Of a stretch of 41,245 nt of DNA, positions 31,590 through 39,961 are shown piece after piece. Origin of the DNA: a virus (Duplodnaviria > Heunggongvirae > Uroviricota > Caudoviricetes); IMG/VR virus record IMGVR_UViG_2684622581_000003; one strand, given 5' to 3'. Each line of letters opens with the position of its first letter. Position 1 is the first letter of the stretch. Both the position numbers and the translations under genes were made by a program. Under the pieces are notes generated by a model. The model made no database searches. It was not told the origin of the DNA and saw nothing but the letters and a program-made list of their open reading frames with translations.

Positions 31590-32213
31590 ATGTCATCAAT
31601 CCGCTTAACTACGAGAATGAAAGAGAAAATCGCTCGTAACGCTTTAATTAAGTGTGGGGTTTTCACTGAGCTTGAAGAAGTAACAAAGTTAAAGAACCAG
31701 CTTGCACTTGACGCCAGAGTTATTGCGTTTGGCGGTAAAAAGAAAACTGAGGAAGTGGATCAGTTATCATCCAAGTTGGTAGCTATAAGTGAAGAACTTG
31801 GAAAGATGGGATGTTCATTTTACTCATACGATGTTCGTTCTACTTCAATTTATCTGACTGTATCTGGCAGAAGGGCTGGATGGCATTCATATGGGAAAGA
31901 CGGCAACGGCGAAGATATATTGCTCCCTACTCCGACAAAAGATAAATGCATGTTTGACGCAGAGCACGAAATAACAAAAAGGTTTGATGAAATCTGCTCA
32001 TTACAACAAAAACTTGAAGCCAAGAAAAAGGATATCGAATCAAATGTATGGGCTGCTTTAAACTCAGTCACAACAGTTAAGCGACTTATTGAGGTTTGGC
32101 CTGAAAGCAAAGAGTTGCTACCAAAAGAAGCAGATAAAGCAAGTACAGCACTTCCTGCTTTACGGGTAGAAGATTTGAATAAGATGATTGGACTTCCTTC
32201 CGATGCCGCATAA
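31590..32213 (+). CDS. Hypothetical protein (207 aa), AT-rich accessory gene immediately downstream of N
   Basis: ORF with GAGAGGA Shine-Dalgarno 8 nt upstream of the ATG; AT-rich and Lys-rich; no recognisable family; lies upstream of the first intrinsic terminator of the PL operon. Confidence 0.65.
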   Translation: MSSIRLTTRMKEKIARNALIKCGVFTELEEVTKLKNQLALDARVIAFGGKKKTEEVDQLSSKLVAISEELGKMGCSFYSYDVRSTSIYLTVSGRRAGWHSYGKDGNGEDILLPTPTKDKCMFDAEHEITKRFDEICSLQQKLEAKKKDIESNVWAALNSVTTVKRLIEVWPESKELLPKEADKASTALPALRVEDLNKMIGLPSDAA

Positions 32214-32347
32214 TCGTCCTTTATTTTTGGCATAAACAACAGAATAAACACAGCACTGTGTATTCATTCCAACGAGTGAATACACGGAGCAATGTCGCTC
32301 GTAACTAAACAGGAGCCGACTTGTTCTGATTATTGGAAATCTTCTTT

Positions 32348-32375
32348 GCCCTCCAGTGTGAGGGCGATTTTTTTT
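32348..32375 (+). terminator. Intrinsic terminator (tL1-like) between the two accessory genes
   Basis: Stem gccctc / gagggc with 6-nt loop followed by a T8 run, ending 13 nt before the next start codon. Confidence 0.6.
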
Positions 32376-32387
32376 GACGGAGGATAT

Positions 32388-33356
32388 ATGAGTGAAGTAA
32401 CAGATTTAGTTGTTATTGAAAAAGCAAATGCAATGACTGTATTTCAGTCTGCCGACCAGATTGAAGAAATCCTTCAAAAGGTTGAACGCGAAGTTATGTC
32501 CTTTGTGCCTGATATCACAACGGCAAAGGGCAGAAAGGAGATCGCTTCTCTGGCGTATAAAGTTGCGCAGACGAAAACATATCTCGATGGTCTTGGCAAA
32601 GACCTTGTTGCTGAACTGAAGGAAATTCCAAAGCTAATTGATGCTAACCGCAAGACAGTGCGTGATCGCCTTGATGAGCTGAAAGCCAGGGCACGCCAGC
32701 CTCTTACTGATTATGAGGAAGAACAGGCGCGGATTAAAGCAGAAGAAGAAGCTAGGGCAGCAGCTGAAGCTCTCGAAAAGCAAATTGAGTCTGACCATGA
32801 AATAGCGATTTTGATGGATCGCGAATTTGACCGCCAAAGAGAAGAGGCAAGACTCAAAGCGGAGCAGGAAAATCGAGAGCATGAAGAACGCTTAAAAAGA
32901 GAAGCTGAAGAGAAAGCCAGAGCAGAAGCCGAAGCAAAGGCAAAAGCCGAAATTGAAGCAGCAGCAAGACGAGAAGCAGAAGCTAAGGCCGCAGCGGAAC
33001 GTGCAGAGCGTGAACGCATTGAAGCCGTGCAACAAGCACAGCGCGAAGCAAAAGAGGCAGCAGAACGAGCTGAAAGAGAAAAGCAGGCAGCAATTGAAGC
33101 AGAACGCAGAAAAGCACAGGAGGAGGCTGAACAAATCCGTCGCGATGCTGAAGCAAAAGAGCAAGCCAGAATAGCAGAAGAAAAAAGAATCAAGGACGAA
33201 GAAGAGCGTAGAGCAAAGGATAAAGCTCACCGGAAAGACGTAAATAACAAAATACTTGCTGACCTTATCAAGGTTGGTGCATCAGAAGATGTTGCTAAAA
33301 ATATCATAACAGCCATCGTAAAAGGCGAAGTATTCGCAACAAAAATAACCTACTAA
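32388..33356 (+). CDS. Hypothetical coiled-coil protein (322 aa) with highly charged E/A/R/K-rich central helix
   Basis: GGAGG Shine-Dalgarno upstream of the ATG; N-terminal domain of about 120 aa, then about 150 aa of low-complexity charged helix (AEEKARAEAEAKAKAEIEAAARREAEAKAAAERAERER...), then a short C-terminal domain; ORF-track start is 32292. Confidence 0.65.
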   Translation: MSEVTDLVVIEKANAMTVFQSADQIEEILQKVEREVMSFVPDITTAKGRKEIASLAYKVAQTKTYLDGLGKDLVAELKEIPKLIDANRKTVRDRLDELKARARQPLTDYEEEQARIKAEEEARAAAEALEKQIESDHEIAILMDREFDRQREEARLKAEQENREHEERLKREAEEKARAEAEAKAKAEIEAAARREAEAKAAAERAERERIEAVQQAQREAKEAAERAEREKQAAIEAERRKAQEEAEQIRRDAEAKEQARIAEEKRIKDEEERRAKDKAHRKDVNNKILADLIKVGASEDVAKNIITAIVKGEVFATKITY

Positions 33357-33380
33357 TAAAACCAACATAAGGAACCACCC

Positions 33381-33512
33381 ATGATTTACGCAATCGCGGG
33401 AGGCGCTCGCATGGGTGCCTTCCAACTAAATGAATCTTTACTTGAACGAATCACCCGTAAATTACGTGACGGATGGAAAAGAGTTGAGGTCTTATTATGC
33501 GCAATGAAATAG
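33381..33512 (+). CDS. cIII: CIII-like protease inhibitor
   Basis: Hand-translated 43-aa ORF MIYAIAGGARMGAFQLNESLLERITRKLRDGWKRVEVLLCAMK; the ESLLERITRKLRDGWKR core matches lambda CIII; AAGGA Shine-Dalgarno upstream. Confidence 0.6.
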   Translation: MIYAIAGGARMGAFQLNESLLERITRKLRDGWKRVEVLLCAMK

Positions 33513-33649
33513 CCATCAATCACCAGATGCTTCGTGCAGCACAGAACAAAGCAGTAATAGCCAGATTTATTGGTGATTCAAAAATGTGGATTGAAGCAAA
33601 TAAAGCGATGAAATCAGCTATCAACCTTCCGTGGTATCGCAGGAAATGA
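33497..33649 (+). CDS. kil: Kil-like host cell-division inhibitor
   Basis: Hand-translated 50-aa ORF MRNEIAINHQMLRAAQNKAVIARFIGDSKMWIEANKAMKSAINLPWYRRK, resembling lambda Kil (IATFIGDEKMF...); overlaps the cIII stop. Confidence 0.5.
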   Translation: MRNEIAINHQMLRAAQNKAVIARFIGDSKMWIEANKAMKSAINLPWYRRK

Positions 33650-33905
33650 GTTTTACAGATAACTGGTCAGACGAAGAATTCATTCGTCAGATGAAAGATT
33701 TAATCGGTAACGAAGGAGATATTCATGTCACTTGCAACCACAGTGAAGGAGAGCAAGTTACAGAGACGCATGTACACGCAGAAAGCTCTCTGGTATCGCC
33801 ATAATGGTGACCGCGAAGGAATGCGGGTATGCCTTAATTTGTCCCGAGTCGAAGTATTAAATCAGCGTTATTTCCTTGGGCCGTGTCCATTCTGAGAACA
33901 AACAT

Positions 33906-34511
33906 ATGAGCAAAGAATTTTACGCAAGACTGGCAGCCATTCAGGAGAATCTGAACGCGCCAAAGAATCAGTACAACTCATTCGGTAAATATAAATACAG
34001 AAGCTGCGAAGACATTCTTGAAGGCGTTAAGCCGTTACTGAATGGCCTGTTTTTATCAATCAGCGATGAAGTTGTGTTGATTGGTGATCGGTATTACGTG
34101 AAAGCAACAGCAACTATTACTGATGGCGAAAACAGTCATACAGCAACCGCCCTTGCACGAGAGGAAGAAAGCAAGAAAGGAATGGATTCTGCACAAGTTA
34201 CTGGAGCTACAAGCTCTTATGCACGCAAGTATTGCCTCAATGGTTTGTTCGGCATTGATGATGCGAAAGATGCAGATACCGACGAGCATAAACATCAGCA
34301 GAACGCAGCAGCAAAGCAATCAAAACCATCACCTACATCTGAACAGGTTCTAAAAGCATTCACTGACGCAGCATTGCAGAAAAACACCGTAGAAGAGCTT
34401 AAACAGGCGTTCGCCAAAGCGTGGAAGATGCTCGAAGGCACACCGGAGCAGCACAAAGCGCAGGACGTTTACAACATCAGACGAGACGAATTAGAAGGAG
34501 CGGCTGCTTAA
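33906..34511 (+). CDS. erf: Erf-family single-strand annealing recombinase (P22 Erf-like)
   Basis: MSKEFYARLAAIQENLNAPKNQYNSFGKYKYRSCEDILEGVKPLL.GLFLSISDE.VLIGDRYYVKATATITDGENSH matches P22 Erf; start set at the aligned Met. Confidence 0.9.
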   Translation: MSKEFYARLAAIQENLNAPKNQYNSFGKYKYRSCEDILEGVKPLLNGLFLSISDEVVLIGDRYYVKATATITDGENSHTATALAREEESKKGMDSAQVTGATSSYARKYCLNGLFGIDDAKDADTDEHKHQQNAAAKQSKPSPTSEQVLKAFTDAALQKNTVEELKQAFAKAWKMLEGTPEQHKAQDVYNIRRDELEGAAA

Positions 34512-34894
34512 TGGCACATTCGATTACTGTAAGACTAAACAAGCCCGCAAGAGAGTTTCAGGCCGGGGAAAATATCGGATTCAACATCCGTGCTGGCGTT
34601 CAGTATTACGATCGCCAGACAAAAAAGAAAGAATGGACAAACTACAGCGCCGTTGTATTTGCCAAGCCGGGAGCGCAAGCGGATTACTACCGTAGTGTTC
34701 TTGTTGAAGGTGGCATTGTAGAAATTACCGGAGAAAACATCAGGGTTGATGTTTATCAGGGGCAAAATGGTCAATCAATCACTCTTGAATTACTGAATGC
34801 AAAGATTGGATTTGCAACTTCAGGAAACAGCCAACAGCAACAAAGTAGCAATCATCAAAATCATCCTGAATACGACGATTCAATTCCCTTCTAA
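34511..34894 (+). CDS. SSB-like single-stranded DNA-binding protein (occupies the P22 abc1 position)
   Basis: 127-aa protein whose C-terminal tail EYDDSIPF resembles the SSB acidic tip (DDDIPF); ATG overlaps the erf stop (TAATG). Confidence 0.55.
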   Translation: MAHSITVRLNKPAREFQAGENIGFNIRAGVQYYDRQTKKKEWTNYSAVVFAKPGAQADYYRSVLVEGGIVEITGENIRVDVYQGQNGQSITLELLNAKIGFATSGNSQQQQSSNHQNHPEYDDSIPF

Positions 34895-34917
34895 ATTAGC
34901 AACATAAGGATTCCATT

Positions 34918-35211
34918 ATGCCAGCGCCTCTGTATGGTGCGGATGACCCGCGCCGCTGTTCCGGCAATTCCGTATCGGAGGTGCTGGATAAATTCAGGAA
35001 AAACTACGATCGAATAATGTCTCTACCGCAGGAAACGAAAGAGGAAAAGGAATTTCGCCATTGTATATGGCTTGCAGAGAAAGAAGAACGCGAGCGAATT
35101 TACCAGACATCAATCCAACCATTCCGCAAAGCCACATATACCCACTTCCCTGAAATTGACCCGCGCCTGCGTAATTACCGCTCACGCTATGGCGCTATCA
35201 GTAATGACTGA
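34918..35211 (+). CDS. abc2: Abc2-like anti-RecBCD protein
   Basis: 97-aa ORF (same size as P22 Abc2) downstream of erf; identification by recall and synteny. Confidence 0.55.
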   Translation: MPAPLYGADDPRRCSGNSVSEVLDKFRKNYDRIMSLPQETKEEKEFRHCIWLAEKEERERIYQTSIQPFRKATYTHFPEIDPRLRNYRSRYGAISND

Positions 35212-35382
35212 GGAATTTACCATGAGAGGACTTGCATACAATCCCGGCATTCTTCCGGCAGAAATGATTATTCGCCAACGCGTAAAGCCAATGCCATCGA
35301 GAGAGGAATTGCTTAAGAGAAATTCTTTTCCATCAGTGAATCAAAACAAATATCTGAATGCGATGTTGCGGAGTGGGAAGAA

Positions 35383-35802
35383 ATGAAACAAATGTCACTA
35401 ATTGAGATGGATGGATTTCTTAAAGGTAAATGCATCCCAAGTGATTTAAAGGTTAACGAAACAAACGCTGAATATCTGGTGCGTAAATTTGCTGAAGCGG
35501 AGGCCAAGTGCGCGGCGCTGGCAGCGGAGAATGCGGCGCTTAAACAGTCGGAGAAGGAATTTAATAACTTCTGTCGTCAGGAGTACTACGGTTGGGAGGA
35601 CAACTTCACGGAAACCCCAGCCACCGATGCTTTCCTGGCTGAAGTACGGGCGCAGGGGGTAGAGATGTACGCAGATAACCTCGACAACGGAGCAGACGAC
35701 GCAGAACGAGGTGGTTTTGATGATGCCGTTAAGTTTCTACGCAGTGAAGCGTCTGGTGTACGTTTGTTCGCCGACCAGCTTCGCAAAGGAGGCAACCAGT
35801 GA
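35383..35802 (+). CDS. Hypothetical protein (early-left accessory region)
   Basis: 139-aa ORF, stop overlaps the next start. Confidence 0.5.
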   Translation: MKQMSLIEMDGFLKGKCIPSDLKVNETNAEYLVRKFAEAEAKCAALAAENAALKQSEKEFNNFCRQEYYGWEDNFTETPATDAFLAEVRAQGVEMYADNLDNGADDAERGGFDDAVKFLRSEASGVRLFADQLRKGGNQ

Positions 35803-36344
35803 GTGTAACGGTTGAAAAGATTGATGTGTTGTCATTCGTTATAACCGGTGCAGAGCGACTAGATCCGGTTCGAGTGATGATTGAAAACTACGAACCTGGT
35901 AAGGGAAGAATCACCATCACCTGCTACGGAAAAGCGTGGACTGCGGCTTGGTTTGCTATGGGCGGTGATGATGTGCAGACGTTCATTAAGCGGGTCAGCA
36001 ACGAGTATCTAATCGGCTATTTCGACCCTCAACTGCGAAGCACGGTCGACGATGACAACGATGCAAATCTGCTTTTCGTGAAGTCAGAAATCATAAAGTT
36101 ACGAAGAGAGAGAGAAATCGACGCGGTACAGGCTCGAGAAATGTGGGACGAGGCGGAAAACGCCGATGACGTAAAAGAAAGCTGCTGTTTTTTCGGTGTC
36201 GGTAACAAACTGCTGAATCTCTTTGGTGATGATCCGTGGTATGCCGGCTGGCCAACGGCACCAAACCCGAAATACCAGTATCTGGAACGCGTACTTAATG
36301 CAGTGAGAGACGGTCTTAAGCAAATAGAGAAGGTGGAACCATGA
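35799..36344 (+). CDS. Hypothetical protein (early-left accessory region)
   Basis: 181-aa ORF with overlapping start and stop codons. Confidence 0.5.
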   Translation: MSVTVEKIDVLSFVITGAERLDPVRVMIENYEPGKGRITITCYGKAWTAAWFAMGGDDVQTFIKRVSNEYLIGYFDPQLRSTVDDDNDANLLFVKSEIIKLRREREIDAVQAREMWDEAENADDVKESCCFFGVGNKLLNLFGDDPWYAGWPTAPNPKYQYLERVLNAVRDGLKQIEKVEP

Positions 36345-36640
36345 CTGTATGTCTTATTGATAAACGTCGACGTGGGCAACAAATACCATCTGTTGAAATG
36401 CCGAATCACACATGGTTTTGCGTACTTTATATCGATGGTATGGATGCGTTGGTTAACACTCGTCATTACTGCGATACCGCAACAGCTACTCCGGCGAAAG
36501 CAAAGAAAATGGCTGCTCTGATAGAAAACTGGACTCCACCTGATGGTTGGTGCAATGGGAATGATCGAGATTGGCATGAAAAAATGAAGGGCTATATCTG
36601 CGATTTCTTACGTAAATGCAACGGCTTCAGGGTGATGTGA
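36341..36640 (+). CDS. Hypothetical protein (early-left accessory region)
   Basis: 99-aa Cys/Trp-containing ORF, translationally coupled to neighbours. Confidence 0.45.
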   Translation: MTVCLIDKRRRGQQIPSVEMPNHTWFCVLYIDGMDALVNTRHYCDTATATPAKAKKMAALIENWTPPDGWCNGNDRDWHEKMKGYICDFLRKCNGFRVM

Positions 36641-36641
36641 T

Positions 36642-37163
36642 ATGACCAAAATTAACTATCAGGTACTGCGTGAAGCGGCAGAAAAAGCAACGTGGGGAGA
36701 CTGGGACTCATATAAACCACACCGTGGCGCACGTGGTTATGAGGTCCGACTAAGTAGTCAGGCCATTGCGCAACACGTTCTGAAAAACAACGCTGAATTT
36801 ATTGCTGCCTTTAATCCAAAGGTTGCTTTGGCACTACTGGATGAACGGGAAAGAAACCAGCAATACATCAAACTCCGCGACCAGGAGAACGAGGATATTG
36901 CGCTAACGGTAGGGAAGCTGCGCGTTGAGCTTGAAGCAGCAAAATCAAAACTCAACGAGCAGCGTGAATATTACGAGGGAGTAATCGCGGATGGAAGTAA
37001 GCGCATAGCAGAACTGGAGGAGCGGGAAATACTGCTCCCGGAACGTAGCAGCATGCTTCATCGAACAGATTTCCACGAGGATTACCAAACGGTAATGGCA
37101 TACAAAGTTTCTGAAGTCATCGCTGCAATCCGCGCCGCTGGCATTCGCATCAAAGGAGAGTGA
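36642..37163 (+). CDS. Ead/Ea22-like protein
   Basis: N-terminus MTKINYQVLREAAEKATWGDW matches the characteristic Ead/Ea22 family start; coiled-coil centre. Confidence 0.7.
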   Translation: MTKINYQVLREAAEKATWGDWDSYKPHRGARGYEVRLSSQAIAQHVLKNNAEFIAAFNPKVALALLDERERNQQYIKLRDQENEDIALTVGKLRVELEAAKSKLNEQREYYEGVIADGSKRIAELEEREILLPERSSMLHRTDFHEDYQTVMAYKVSEVIAAIRAAGIRIKGE

Positions 37164-37164
37164 T

Positions 37165-37680
37165 ATGGCGTTAACACATCGCGAACTCTGTCAGATTGCG
37201 TACAAGTTCCTTAAGCGCAACGGGTTCAAGGTTTGTTTTCATGACCGCTTTATAGCTGTAACCAGTACCGGAGAACAGCCAGATGCTATGGGATTCAGAA
37301 ATTCAGCATCATGCCTGATAGAGGCAAAGTGTTCTCGTGCTGACTTGTTGGCAGATAGAAAAAAGCGTTTTCGTAAAAATCCGTCTCTTGGAATGGGCGA
37401 CTGGCGATTCTTTATTAGTGAGCCGGGAATTATTTCAATTGAGGATTTACCACCTGGCTGGGGATTACTTCACGTTGTTAACGGAAGAGTACGGAAAGTA
37501 CATGGATGGCCCAAGGGGAATTGCTGTTGGGGTAACCCTGAAGATAAACCTTTTATTGGGAACAAGCAGGTTGAATGCGATTACATGTTATCTGCATTAA
37601 GGCGCATGGAGTTGAGAGGGCACCTTAATGAAATATATGACGGTGTAATTGTTAATAAGAAAGAAGGAAACGCGGCATGA
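37165..37680 (+). CDS. Hypothetical protein with possible PD-(D/E)xK nuclease-like motif
   Basis: 171-aa ORF; the motif PDAMGF ... CLIEAKCS is compatible with a D...ExK catalytic core; not verified. Confidence 0.5.
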   Translation: MALTHRELCQIAYKFLKRNGFKVCFHDRFIAVTSTGEQPDAMGFRNSASCLIEAKCSRADLLADRKKRFRKNPSLGMGDWRFFISEPGIISIEDLPPGWGLLHVVNGRVRKVHGWPKGNCCWGNPEDKPFIGNKQVECDYMLSALRRMELRGHLNEIYDGVIVNKKEGNAA

Positions 37681-38171
37681 CCACTATTACCAAAAAACGT
37701 ATTGAATTGTTCATTAAAAATCCGCTCGATAACGGGCTTACCCGTGGTGAACAAATGGAACTGGCACGGATTGCACTGGCATCGCTGGAAGCAGAGCCGG
37801 TGGCGTGGAAGGTAACCTTCACGCAAATTGACCGTGAATATAACACGTTCACTGGTATGTATTCTGACAAAGCAGAAGTCGAACGTTGGGTGCGGCTGCA
37901 TAAAGCATGTAATTTTCGGGCAGATATAACACCGCTTTATACCGCCCAGCCAGCGCCGGTAACTCCGGATGGTTGGATAAGCTGTAGTGATCGAATGCCG
38001 GATACCAAAACAGCCGTTCTTGTTGCCGTGGAGTTTGACAGGAAAGGTGACTGGCGAATGAAATGGGCGACTTACATCCCGGGTCATCCTGACGCTAATG
38101 ATGGGTGGATAATTCCTGGTGCGTCGTGGAAACCGTCACACTGGATGCCGCTACCAGAGCCTCCACTTTGA
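37677..38171 (+). CDS. DUF551 domain protein
   Basis: C-terminal WISCSDRMP ... HWMPLPEPP motif characteristic of DUF551 proteins found near int in lambdoid prophages. Confidence 0.7.
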   Translation: MTTITKKRIELFIKNPLDNGLTRGEQMELARIALASLEAEPVAWKVTFTQIDREYNTFTGMYSDKAEVERWVRLHKACNFRADITPLYTAQPAPVTPDGWISCSDRMPDTKTAVLVAVEFDRKGDWRMKWATYIPGHPDANDGWIIPGASWKPSHWMPLPEPPL

Positions 38172-38267
38172 AAGCGAAGCTTATACATATCTTTTACATC
38201 AGCAATCTATTGTTAATCTCCAATCAATGTTACGTTGTCATCTCACTCATGCTTTGGAGGTAGTGAT

Positions 38268-38447
38268 ATGTCTTGTCCAAAATGCGGTTCTGGAAATATT
38301 GCAAAAGAAAAAACAATGCGTGGATGGTCTGATGATTATGTGTGCTGCGATTGCGGATACAACGACTCTAAAGACGCATTTGGAGAGCGTGGTAAAAACG
38401 AGTTTGTCAAAATTAATAAAGAACGCGAAGGCAACGAAAAAAGCTAA
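38268..38447 (+). CDS. Small zinc-ribbon protein
   Basis: 59-aa ORF with CPKCG ... CCDCG motif; GGAGG Shine-Dalgarno 7 nt upstream. Confidence 0.5.
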   Translation: MSCPKCGSGNIAKEKTMRGWSDDYVCCDCGYNDSKDAFGERGKNEFVKINKEREGNEKS

Positions 38448-38512
38448 TTTATTTATTCATATATGAAAACAATGTAACCAATATTCGAATTGAAGAACTG
38501 AAAGAACACCAA

Positions 38513-38536
38513 GCCGCCTGATGGCGGTTTTTTATT
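38513..38536 (+). terminator. Possible weak intrinsic terminator upstream of xis
   Basis: 5-bp GC stem ccgcc / ggcgg with 4-nt loop followed by a T6 run. Confidence 0.35.
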
Positions 38537-38560
38537 GCGTGTAATTGCGGAGACTTTGCG

Positions 38561-38779
38561 ATGTACTTGACACTTCAGGAGTGGAACGCACGCCAGCGAC
38601 GCCCAAGAAGCCTTGAAACAGTTCGTCGATGGGTACGCGAGTGCAGGATATTTCCTCCTCCGGTTAAGGATGGAAGAGAGTATCTGTTCCACGAATCAGC
38701 GGTAAAGGTTGACTTAAATCGACCAGTAACAGGTAGCCTTTTGAAGAGGATCAGAAATGGGAAGAAGGCGAAGTCATGA
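38561..38779 (+). CDS. xis: Excisionase, lambda Xis
   Basis: 72-aa ORF matching lambda Xis (MYLTLQEWNARQRRPRSLETVRRWVRECRIFPPPVKDGREYLFHESAVKVDLNRP...). Confidence 0.95.
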   Translation: MYLTLQEWNARQRRPRSLETVRRWVRECRIFPPPVKDGREYLFHESAVKVDLNRPVTGSLLKRIRNGKKAKS

Positions 38780-39827
38780 GCGCCGGGATTTACCCCCTAA
38801 CCTTTATATAAGAAACAATGGATATTACTGCTACAGGGACCCAAGGACGGGTAAAGAGTTTGGATTAGGCAGAGACAGGCGAATCGCAATCACTGAAGCT
38901 ATACAGGCCAACATTGAGTTATTTTCAGGACACAAACACAAGCCTCTGACAGCGAGAATCAACAGTGATAATTCCGTTACGTTACATTCATGGCTTGATC
39001 GCTACGAAAAAATCCTGGCCAGCAGAGGAATCAAGCAGAAGACACTCATAAATTACATGAGCAAAATTAAAGCAATAAGGAGGGGTCTGCCTGATGCTCC
39101 ACTTGAAGACATCACCACAAAAGAAATTGCGGCAATGCTCAATGGATACATAGACGAGGGCAAGGCGGCGTCAGCCAAGTTAATCAGATCAACACTGAGC
39201 GATGCATTCCGAGAGGCAATAGCTGAAGGCCATATAACAACAAACCCTGTCGCTGCCACTCGCGCAGCAAAATCAGAGGTAAGGAGATCAAGACTTACGG
39301 CTGACGAATACCTGAAAATTTATCAAGCAGCAGAATCATCACCATGTTGGCTCAGACTTGCAATGGAACTGGCTGTTGTTACCGGGCAACGAGTTGGTGA
39401 TTTATGCGAAATGAAGTGGTCTGATATCGTAGATGGATATCTTTATGTCGAGCAAAGCAAAACAGGCGTAAAAATTGCCATCCCAACAACATTACATGTT
39501 GATGCTCTCGGGATATCAATGAAGGAAACACTTGATAAATGCAAAGAGATTCTTGGCGGAGAAACCATAATTGCATCTACTCGTAGTGAACCGCTTTCAT
39601 CCGGCACAGTATCAAGGTATTTTATGCGCGCACGAAAAGCATCAGGTCTTTCCTTCGAAGGGGATCCGCCTACCTTTCACGAGTTGCGCAGTTTGTCTGC
39701 AAGACTCTATGAGAAGCAGATAAGCGATAAGTTTGCTCAACATCTTCTCGGGCATAAGTCGGACACCATGGCATCACAGTATCGTGATGACAGAGGCAGG
39801 GAGTGGGACAAAATTGAAATCAAATAA
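38757..39827 (+). CDS. int: Integrase, lambda Int (tyrosine recombinase)
   Basis: 356-aa ORF matching lambda Int along its length (MGRRRSHERRDLPPNLYIRNNGYYCYRDPRTGKEFGLGRDRRIAITEAIQAN...), overlapping xis as in lambda. Confidence 0.97.
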   Translation: MGRRRSHERRDLPPNLYIRNNGYYCYRDPRTGKEFGLGRDRRIAITEAIQANIELFSGHKHKPLTARINSDNSVTLHSWLDRYEKILASRGIKQKTLINYMSKIKAIRRGLPDAPLEDITTKEIAAMLNGYIDEGKAASAKLIRSTLSDAFREAIAEGHITTNPVAATRAAKSEVRRSRLTADEYLKIYQAAESSPCWLRLAMELAVVTGQRVGDLCEMKWSDIVDGYLYVEQSKTGVKIAIPTTLHVDALGISMKETLDKCKEILGGETIIASTRSEPLSSGTVSRYFMRARKASGLSFEGDPPTFHELRSLSARLYEKQISDKFAQHLLGHKSDTMASQYRDDRGREWDKIEIK

Positions 39828-39900
39828 TGATTTTATTTTGACTGATAGTGACCTGTTCGTTGCAACAAATTGATAAGCAATGCTTTTTTATAATGCCAAC
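39828..39900. promoter_or_regulatory. att P-prime arm (Int arm-type and IHF site region)
   Basis: Sequence between the int stop and the core is the reverse complement of the lambda P-prime arm as recalled (gtcactatcagtcaaaataaaatca ...). Confidence 0.7.
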
Positions 39901-39915
39901 TTAGTATAAAAAAGC
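39901..39915. repeat. att core copy, int-proximal (attL by lambda convention)
   Basis: ttagtataaaaaagc, identical to 568-582. Confidence 0.9.
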
Positions 39916-39961
39916 AGGCTTCAACGGATTCATTTTTCTATTTCATAGCCCGGAGCAACCT

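Larger units (their letters stand above)
568..39915. mobile_element. Integrated mosaic lambdoid prophage (lambda-type integration and immunity-flanking genes, P22-like virion module), about 39.3 kb
   Basis: Bounded by identical 15-bp direct repeats ttagtataaaaaagc at 568-582 and 39901-39915; int/xis at one end, tailspike and conversion gene at the other; host genes ybhB and ybhC immediately outside. Confidence 0.92.

Noticed and set aside
32711-33230. Antisense ORFs of 160 and 112 aa with Ser/Ala-rich or Cys/Phe-rich low-complexity translations
   Set aside because: They lie opposite the low-complexity charged-helix region of the 322-aa gene and are frame artefacts of its repetitive GAA/GCA-rich codons.
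33646-33895. Two overlapping small ORFs (about 52 and 56 aa) between kil and erf, possibly arf-like
   Set aside because: They overlap each other in different frames and neither could be recognised; not enough evidence to call either as a gene.
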